A DNA stretch of 64,000 nucleotides from Vicugna vicugna (Eukaryota), in NCBI GenBank assembly GCA_013265495.1, contig MU058257.1, positions 1,443,262-1,507,261 of the forward strand, in the 5' to 3' direction. Of the stretch, positions 54,721-64,000 are shown one piece after another (position 1 is the first letter of the stretch; each line of letters begins with the position of its first letter). The notes beneath the pieces were generated by a model. It ran no database searches and was not told the origin of the DNA. It saw nothing but the letters and a program-made list of their open reading frames with translations. The position numbers were made by a program, and so were the translations under genes.

Positions 54721-56169
54721 AAATGGATTTCTTTAACCAGGTGAGACAGCCACGTCCCTCACTGCTGACCTCGCACTCACAGGTAGATGAATTTGGCGTC
54801 GGGATGAGTGAAAAACCAGCACCCACCAGCTGGGCAACCCAGGCTACAGAACGACTTCTCTACTTAGACTGTTAAAGTGGCAGGTGCAAAAAAAGGAAGG
54901 GCAGGTGAGGCTGGGCAGGTCTTCTCTACGTGGGGCCGTCAGCCCATATGCTGACCAATAATTAAGGAGCAGCCTGGTACGTCACCGCCTAGAAGACAGA
55001 TACTTATGACGTGGGCTTCCACGGCTCAGAGTGTAAAACAGAATGAAAATTCAACTGAGAGGGTCAAAACAGGAACCATCTTTTTTAAGATTCATTTACA
55101 TGACATCTTTCAGCTTATCTTTAAAATGGGGCAGCAGTTTTAAGTCAGAGTAAATATGTTAAAAATGTAGCATGGGCAGAAAGGCATCCAGGTGGTTCTA
55201 ATGAAGAACTAATATTCCATAAATTACTCTGCTTGGGAGAAAAAGATGATTTATTTAATGCTGGTTTGTATATAATCGATTATTTATTTTATGACAAAAA
55301 GTCACACGCAATATTTCTCTCCAGATCAATCTTACGTTTCTCCCTTGATAGCACTACGATTTTTGACAAGGTCATGTTTTAAATACCCACAAAAGCCATG
55401 TCACTGGAAGGAAAATGAGTTTTTGTTTCAAAGAACTAAATAAAAAGTGAGAAATCACAGCGAATGGGGGAAGCTGAGTCTGGGCAGAGGCATTTACGTT
55501 CACGTTTTCTAGAATTAGCACTGGGAAGACCTTTTTCTGAATAAACTGTGCCTCTCAATTTTCATAGCTCACCAGCTCCATCTGGGTTCTAGAAACACTC
55601 TTAAGGCAGATATCTGGTGCTTTCTTGGGTTCATCAAGGACGCGTGTGTATTATCTGTGTATGCACGCACGTGTGTGTCTGTATTTATGTATGTGTCTCC
55701 AATAAAGATCTGATGCTGCTAGGAAAGACGATCATAAATGCATTATTTACACATGCAGTTAGCTGAGATCTGACTTAATGTACTCGGAGCACTAAAAACT
55801 TCCATCACGAATTCCAGAAATGGCATGAGTATTTATTGCAATGAATGTGTATGTCCATATACATGTGTATAAATATGGATATATGTGTATAGCAGTGCAT
55901 GTGTGTACTTATTAAAACACAGAAACCCACGCAAATCTGGGGACAAAAACGATGAAAGTGTAACTAAATAAGCAGTAGCTATTTTGTGAATGTAGCTGAG
56001 AGCTCACCCATCTACTCTTTTCTCTAAATTCGTAACTCTGTACTATAACATTCTGGCAAAACATGGGAAACAATAGACGCTGGGCGCTGGGCATGCTGGA
56101 GGTCAATGAAATACAGTCCATACTGACGCATGGCTGAAATATTCCTAACATCCATAACTTGTGAATCTG

Positions 56170-56365
56170 TAACAGAGATCAGCAAACCATGGGCCAAATC
56201 TGGACGACTTTACTGGAACATAGCCACGTCCACCTGTTTACATGTTCACCAGGGCTGCCTTCACATGACACCAGAATGAAGTAATTGCTCCAGACACTGT
56301 CTGCTCTGCGAGACCCACAGCATTCACTACCTGGTCCCATACAGAGCTTGCTGCCTCTCACTCTA
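56170..56365. mobile_element. MER58A-like hAT-Charlie remnant
   Basis: atcagcaaaccatgggccaaatctgg...tttactggaacatagccacg...attcactacctggtcccatacagag. Confidence 0.75.
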
Positions 56366-58672
56366 ACAGGGATCACCTACATGTAAATAACCTATTTGTC
56401 AAAGAAATGGAACAAAGATTTTGTGAAGTAATATATTGTGAGGATTCCTGAATGAGGGTTACTGAGATTCCTAACATTATAAACTTTATCATTTACCAGT
56501 TACAAAAATTGAAAATGTCTTTCACTATACAAAGTACAGGCAAAAGATTAGTTTTAGTTACACACACACACACACAAATCAATGTCTTTTAATTCTAAAA
56601 TAATATTTTGAGGCTCTATATACAACCTTTCAGGTCATTAGGATACTTTGTGTATTTTTTATACTCAAGGATTAACCTGGTTAGAAACCCCATTCTCTCG
56701 TTCCTGTCCTCTCTTCTGGTAGGAAGTAAATTTACCCCCCAAATCCCTAAATCCAGGAATAAAGGCAGAAATCGTAATCATACCATTTTCCTTAGGTCTA
56801 TTTTTCTTCTACCCAGTAATACTTCTCTCATCGAAAAAAAGCAGAGGAAGTCTTTTGCAAGGGCAAACGGAAATGGAATTGAGTTTTCATTTTGAAAGGC
56901 TTATGGCTGGACAGACGATCTGCACTCAGAGGCCACTGCGACGAGACCAAAAGCCTTCGGCCTACACTGTAAAACCATGACAATCTTAACAATTCAAGTG
57001 AAGTGAAGAAAGAAAAATAACCGACAGTGTGTTCAGTGTCCAACCCTGGAGGGTGAGAAGGGTGGAGTTTGACATTTTATTCACTGCAGATTTAAAACCA
57101 ATAGACCCAAAAGTACTTTGACGTCCATGTAATAATTTTTGTCCCGAGTCCTTCTAGTTTAATTGGGGAGGACAGATTGCACCTAGTACCCCAAATGGTG
57201 TTTCTATCTAGGATCTAACACTTTAAAAAAACCATAAAAACACATGACTCAATTAGATTATAAAATCTACCTCGTCACCAGGAAAGTTACTTCATGTCTT
57301 CAGTTGAAATCTGGGCATCATTATTATTTTTTTAAATCCCAATAAATTGTTCTTTTCCTGTTAGTAATAGTGAGTGGGTTAAATTAAATACTTTCCTTAC
57401 TTTACCTAATTGGCACAGTATATAAAGTCATGTTCTTTGACCTGAGCAGCTCAGCTTGGTTTTTATGAACATCAACTTGGATTGGGGTTACTTCTTTAAA
57501 AGTACTGAAGACTATTAGCTCTAAAAACTAACGACTAATTTGCATATGTGAACTATCAAATGGCATTTTTCTTTAGCTCTCTTAACAGAATTTCAATGAA
57601 TTTTCTGTTTGATAAAAGAAATAGCTTCTTAATGAGCGCTGGGTCTATTGTTAATGGCACTGCACTATAGTTAATCCAGTGATTTATTGGATGTAATTTT
57701 TATAATCTGTCTTTACAGAATGGGAAAACTCCAACCATGCCCACAGCCATCTGTACATATGCATGTGGGATACACATTTTGCAAGAAGCCTAAAACTAAT
57801 TCCTACTGCAGGTTACGAAGGTGAATTGATGCTCATTAGTGCTAAGTGGGGCAACTGCACCACATCAGATCTAGAGTAACTACAACACGCCTTCAGACTT
57901 ACAACAATAAATCACACGTGCTCAACTATACAAAGCACATTAACTTTCGTCACACATACTTTCGTCTGATTATTTTCATAAAATAACAGAGTAAGAAAAA
58001 TCTACTATAATGTAAAACCCAGGTCAACATAATTCATTATTTCCATGGAATTTTTCAGGCAGCATTTTAGAAGCCAGCCCTAAGTAGTTCAGAAACAAAA
58101 CACAACAAAACACCAAAAACCTTTAAAGTCACAAAGTTAAGATAAGGATGTGCTATAGATAGAACTAAATGTCAGGTGACCAGGAACTAACGCTTCATCT
58201 GAAAGAGAGCTAAGGTGTTCTGAGTGACCAGTAACAGCAACGCTGGACTCTGTCCTTCAGGGGAAATACCTATCTTTGTGCTGTTGTCCTTCAAATCAAA
58301 TCACCACCCTGAGAATCATTTCTTGGGTGTTAACCTAGGCACGGGGTAGAGGACTTCAAAAAAAAAAGTCTCCCATAAGAAACCACGTGTTGGGTAATTT
58401 GATCAGTTTTACGTGTGACAAAACAGCCCCCCACAAACATAATTAAGAAACTCTAGGTGCTCTAGCATCTTGGAAGCACTAAAGCACATTTCCATTTAGT
58501 ATGTATCAGGCTGATAAATTTCTCCTCACCAAAAATTTTCCTCGGCTTGTGCGATTTGATTTCCGACCACGGGAACGTCGGAGCAAGCCGGAATGGTTAT
58601 GTTTACGTGAGTATGACTGGCAGCTCCTTGGACCACGGTTTCTACGGCAACAGTCTGGCTGCCCGTTCTTAC

Positions 58673-58717
58673 CTGCTTTCTGGTCACCCGCTGTACTGAG
58701 TTTAGTCTCGTCAGCTA
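58673..58717 (-). CDS. PARD3: PARD3 small coding exon, 45 nt (IADETKLSTAGDQKAG)
   Basis: Acceptor ccttttaacag|TAG, donor GCAG|gtaaga; phase 1-1 fits both neighbours; resembles recalled human IADETKLNTVDDQKAG. Not shown in this frame in the ORF track. Confidence 0.95.
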
Positions 58718-59525
58718 CTGTTAAAAGGTAAATGTAGACTGGTTAGCTCAGTTAGCCCCGCGGCCGGACATGCTTCAACCACCCCCCCGGTCTTCTCAGT
58801 TAGGGGATAATTCTTAGGTAACATTTCATGCAAATAATACAGGACATCAAGCCAACATTCAGAATCAAAGTGGGGGAAGGAGCCGTGTCTCCATGCAACG
58901 CCGGTCATCCCACCTCACGGACCCGTGTGTTATTGGTGTGTTAGCACATTGTCACCAGCCGGGCAAGGCATCGCCAAGCTCTTCTTTGATGCACGTGATA
59001 AATTAATGCTTTTAGTCTTCAAGTACAAACAGCCACCAGAGAACAGCGTAAACACGTTGCGGTTGATTAACAAGGGTTCCTAATCATTCAATCGGTTTAC
59101 AGGTCTATTGGATTAATTAATTGACTTTTTCCTTTGTTTCGGGTTTTGGTGGATTTGGATTTTAAAAAAGACACTACCTGATTGGTGTTAAATTGAACAG
59201 CTAGGGTTATTTCCCTCTCATTTGGCTTCCAAATACTTCCTACAATAAATATTCTCTCAAATTATTCCTCCAATTAAATGCCTTAATTATCAACACATAA
59301 GCACTTCTATCAAATAAACCTCAAAGACCAGCGGTGGAAGGAAGCTGTCGTGAAGGAACCAAACTCCAGACATGGATTGAGATAATGGTTTCTCTCCAAA
59401 CTTTTTCTTCTGGTTCGAGACCCCCCCCACCACCAGCCACGTCAGAGGGCAAGGACGTTGCTTTTCAGCAGCCAAAGTGTTAAAACACGTCATTCTTTTC
59501 GGAACGTAGATACATGAGTGTATCA

Positions 59526-59963
<438 letters not shown>

Positions 59964-60190
59964 TTACTGAAAACAGGGGACACGCAGTTCAGGTAAGTTC
60001 ATATACACCTGTGTAGAGGGGTGTGTGTGTTCTCCAGAAATACTTTAACTAATACCAGTATAGTCCATTAAAAAAGATGGTGGCTGAGTAGGAGGTGATG
60101 GGAAAATATGACATTAATTCACATTCAGAGCAGTTCTTTCTCCACGTGACACAGAATGAATATTTGAGGAAACCTGTCATATCGTAATAC

Positions 60191-60270
60191 AAATGGAGGT
60201 GCTGGGGACTGAACCCAGAACCCTGTGCGTGCTGAGCACGCGCTCCACCCTGAGCTACACTCACCCCTGC
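60191..60270 (-). mobile_element. tRNA-derived SINE (camelid-type)
   Basis: aaatggaggtgctggggactgaacccagaaccctgtgcgtgctgagcacgcgctccaccctgagctac. Confidence 0.85.
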
Positions 60271-61596
60271 CCATGAAGTGACTGCATGAACTGCAGTTGA
60301 ACACAAGTTTTAAAAAGGTTATGTCCTGGTCTTCTTAAATATCCTTTATCTTGCGTTGCAAAACAAAACCCTGGCATGCAGTTCCACGAGGGTGAATGTT
60401 CTCTCTGCAATACTTAATCAGTTGAGAAGAAATCAACACAACAAATTGTGATTAAAACTTAATCTGATTAAGGCATTATGCTGGGTACCAGAGCCAAAAT
60501 CATAAATAATGTTCCCTACACGTTCCTTTAAAAAACACCAAGCCAGGAGTGCAACGCAGATACTGCCTCACGTAGATGGGAGAATGGGGTGCTGAGGGGA
60601 GCCTGGGAAAGCACGACTCAGACTAGATGGAGAGTGGTCCACACGGCCCCCGGGGCTTTCCAAGAGGAGGCGGCGGGGACGACAGGGCATCACCCATCTG
60701 TAAAATCCTGTGAGCACTTTCAAAGGCATGGCCAGGTGTTCTGGGCACAGGCCACACAACAGAACTGTCTTCTCTCTTGGGCACGCTGAGTGAACAAAGA
60801 GCTTCCTCCCGCAGTGCCCAGCCACGTCCCCAACGTGGCCTGGGGGGACCGTCCCTCACAGCCACTGGACAGACGGGGCGGGGTGCTCTCTGCGGTGTGA
60901 GCGGAGCCGCGACGGCCTCCTGACGCTGCTGCAGGGGCCAGCTCCTCGCGCCCTGCCCTGGCCCTCGGAGACGAGCACACACACCGGTGAAACACCGGTG
61001 GCTCTGGTTTGGACAGACGCTAGAAATGTAGCTGTAATTTACTGTGTGTGAAATGCCTTCGAGAAGAGCTAAACCCAAGATCGAGACGAGAAAGACCAAG
61101 GAGGTGCTTCGCTGTCAGTGGACGGGGCCTGCGCTGCTTCGCTGGCTCCCCCACCTGCCAGGGCCGCTGAGAAGACGCAACGCCCAGAGGGGAAAGCCCC
61201 TGCTAAACGGCAAACCTACACGCCGGAAACGTCATTCTCACCCAGCAAAGACCCAGCTCAGCTCATCGGGGTCACATGACTTAGGACAACAGAAACACGG
61301 TCCCGAGAAACCAACCCCCAACCACAACCTTAAGAAGCAATCGAACAATCCGCCTCCATCTTACCCACCATGCCCAGAGCAGGCCCCGAGGAGGAGACAT
61401 GGCAGGTGTCCGGGACTCAGAGCCTAAGGACGCTGTCATCTCAGGGTCCCCCATGTTCAAGGGCAACACCTGAAAAGGAGGTCCTCTTGACCTGTGCCAC
61501 CCCGGGCGCCTCACTGGCCTCACCACGCTCTGGCCCGGGTACCAAGAAAAGAGAAGCCCAGAGGCACGGGGGGTTCAGCCCAGAGCAAAGACACAT

Positions 61597-61730
61597 ATTT
61601 TTTTAAACTTTTTTTTTGGGTGGGGGATAGAATCAGTTTTATTTATTATTTATGGAGATGCCGGGGACTGAGCCCAGGACCTCGTGCATCCTAAGCATGC
61701 GCTCTCCCCCTGTGCCACATCCTCCCCTCC
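61597..61730 (-). mobile_element. tRNA-derived SINE, long-tailed variant
   Basis: Same head as the other copies plus an extra tail (minus strand ...aataaataaaactgattctatcccccacccaaaaaaaa). Confidence 0.8.
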
Positions 61731-64000
61731 AAAACAATTTTTTGTATAAAACATAACGATTTGTCGTAATAAATGAACTCTTTTCATTTGTAATTTGTCA
61801 TATTTCTCCTGTAAAACTCTGGATACACTGGATGTTCCAGGAAGAAGCAGGGTCGTGTTCACCCTGAAGCCTTAGGGGCCCCTTCACATACGACTCTGCT
61901 CGGACCCAACGTACATGTCTAGCGTGCAATTTGCATATAAACACATGCGGCTTCTGCATGTGTCTTACATGTGCACGTGCTTGCACAGTACACTTACCCA
62001 GTGGTGTCCACGTACACCACGTTTACGACACTATGCATGTAATTTCCAGAGCACGTACACCCAATTCCAAAAATGCAGTTCTCGAAGTGAAAAATTAAAA
62101 CCCCTACGGAGAGGACTACGACCCAGCTTTGCCAACAGCAACTCTAAACAACGTATTTTCTCTAAGAGTAATTCTTTCAGACACGGAAAGTGGCCCTGTT
62201 CCACCATTCTGTACACGCCCTGCAGCCCTTTCCTGCATGACATGGAATACACTAAAACCTCAACTCCAAACAGGCATCACGTTTGTGGACAGAGTCATGC
62301 ATTCTTAATAGAAATCATTTGCAAAAGGTTTTCCAAAGACATACAAATTGTTGTTGCTAATGAAAACCACATACTGGCATATTTTTTAAACTAATTTTAC
62401 ATTCTCCGAAATTACACTGTCACTGAGATTAGAATCTGCTGTTTTACCTTTTTCACCTTAAAAACACTGTTAGGTCCAATTAATGGGTTGAAAAAAGTAC
62501 ATCCTATCACTTAGCAAATGGCAAGTTGAGCCGTGAGACACGATGGGGCCTTCCACAGTTGGGCAGCGAACTGCAAACATCCACAATTTAAAATGTCAAA
62601 TGAATTTGTGAGCTAATAAGAGTCTGGAAATAACTAAACATTCTTAAACCATAGCATAATTAATTCTTCCCTATCAATATACCCATTAAACTAATTTCAG
62701 ACACAATAAACAGCGCCCTGGAACACTTAGCACGTTAGACCGCAGGGCTGACAGCTGACTCTTTAAGGACTGTAACCATGTCCTGACCCCCAGCGTTATT
62801 AAAATTCCAGTTATTAATCCCGCCTTATTGCCCTTTTGTTTTCGTAACATTTTCATCAAGGATTAGGGAGATATTGTCAGGCTGGAAAAGCTTACATTTT
62901 CTGCCGTGATTCAGAGCAGCTGCCACTCTTGTTTAGATAACCGTTCATTCATAGTCTTTTCCAGCCCCTGCACATTCCTCACGGCAAACTCATCCAAGTC
63001 CTCACCGTTTTATGAATCTCCTTAGGGAAATCAATGCCACACTCCTGCCCTGCGAGTTACTTGTTTACCTGCACCGACACAGCGCTATGTTCCTCGGGCC
63101 CCCACCAGATCTCTGCCTGCAATTCCTCGTCTCGGGGCAGATTCAGAGGCTTCTGCCCCCGGGATGAAGGCCGCGGCACCTACCCCTGACCCTGCTGGCC
63201 ACTGCTCCCACTGTCGGAGAGGGGTCTGCCCAGCAGCGGTCAAGGCAGCGGCCTCAGGGGGCTCTGGGCGGGTCTGCGTCTTCCAGGGTAGCTCCCCCGC
63301 CTCGCTGAGCCACAAACTCACCCCAAGGTAAGCTATTATCATGCAGGCTTGAGAGCAGCTCAATGCGGCAACATTTCAGTATGCTTTTGCTGATGTGTTC
63401 ATAAAAGACCCCAGAGAAAGGGCAACAAGAAAATCCTGGCGCAGCGCCGCCCGGGCGTGGCACTAACCACCGCGGCAGCCTCCAAGGCCGGCCCGGAGGA
63501 AGGCTGCCTTTCACTTACTGATGTGTATAATCACCGGCACGCAAAGAAGACACACGTCCACACTCACGTGCCACACGCTGGCTCAGCAACACCAAATGCT
63601 CTCTCCTGTTCTGAGAGACACACCAGGCTGCCCCGGACGTCACTGTGCAAGGAGTGAGCGCAAACCCTGCAGAGCCGACAGAGCGCTGGGAAGACAGCCA
63701 GCCAGGCCCCTCCTCCTCCAGGACCGAACAGCTCTTCTCTTGGCCAAAGTCACCCAACCGTCACACACACTCAGTCACCACAGGGAGTCGCACAGAATTT
63801 AACAGTAAAACAATTCACCAAATTAACACAGATCTAAAGTAGTTAAGAGCGAAACTTAACACCTGAGCAGGGTTTTTGGTTCGTGGGCATTTTCTTGTTG
63901 GTTTGGTTAAATTATGAACTAGAGCCCGAGAAAGGCTAAAACCACTGCACACGCTTCTGAGTGAGCACTGAGAGCATTAGATCGTGGAAACAGGACACAA

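Noticed and set aside
61900..62060. Dense catg/cacg/tgca short palindromes
   Set aside because: Looks like a decayed purine-pyrimidine low-complexity tract with no unit structure.

Overview
Mammalian genomic DNA, most likely a camelid (inferred from six copies of a short tRNA-derived SINE of the type I recall from alpaca/camel genomes). The whole window lies inside the PARD3 (Par-3 cell polarity regulator) gene on the minus strand. Five internal coding exons can be placed to the base with consistent splice phases: 59783-59934, 58673-58717, 53160-53387, 39330-39549 and 12147-12257. They encode the aPKC-binding region through the start of the C-terminal coiled-coil region. There is also an alternative last exon (coding 35008-35038, SLAKRKPEKR*) with its own AATAAA. 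The ORF track does not show this exon or the 45-nt exon in the PARD3 frame. The rest is intron with decayed L1, MIR, L2, hAT/Tigger elements and simple repeats; nearly all other listed ORFs look like chance ORFs. I found no convincing new biological system. The most interesting signals are the layered alternative-splicing architecture around the aPKC site, a GC-ward run of amino-acid changes in two exons, a twin-primed (5'-inverted) L1, and a perfect (AC)10(GC)11 Z-DNA-type tract. Comparisons to human PARD3 and repeat-family names are from memory and need a database check.
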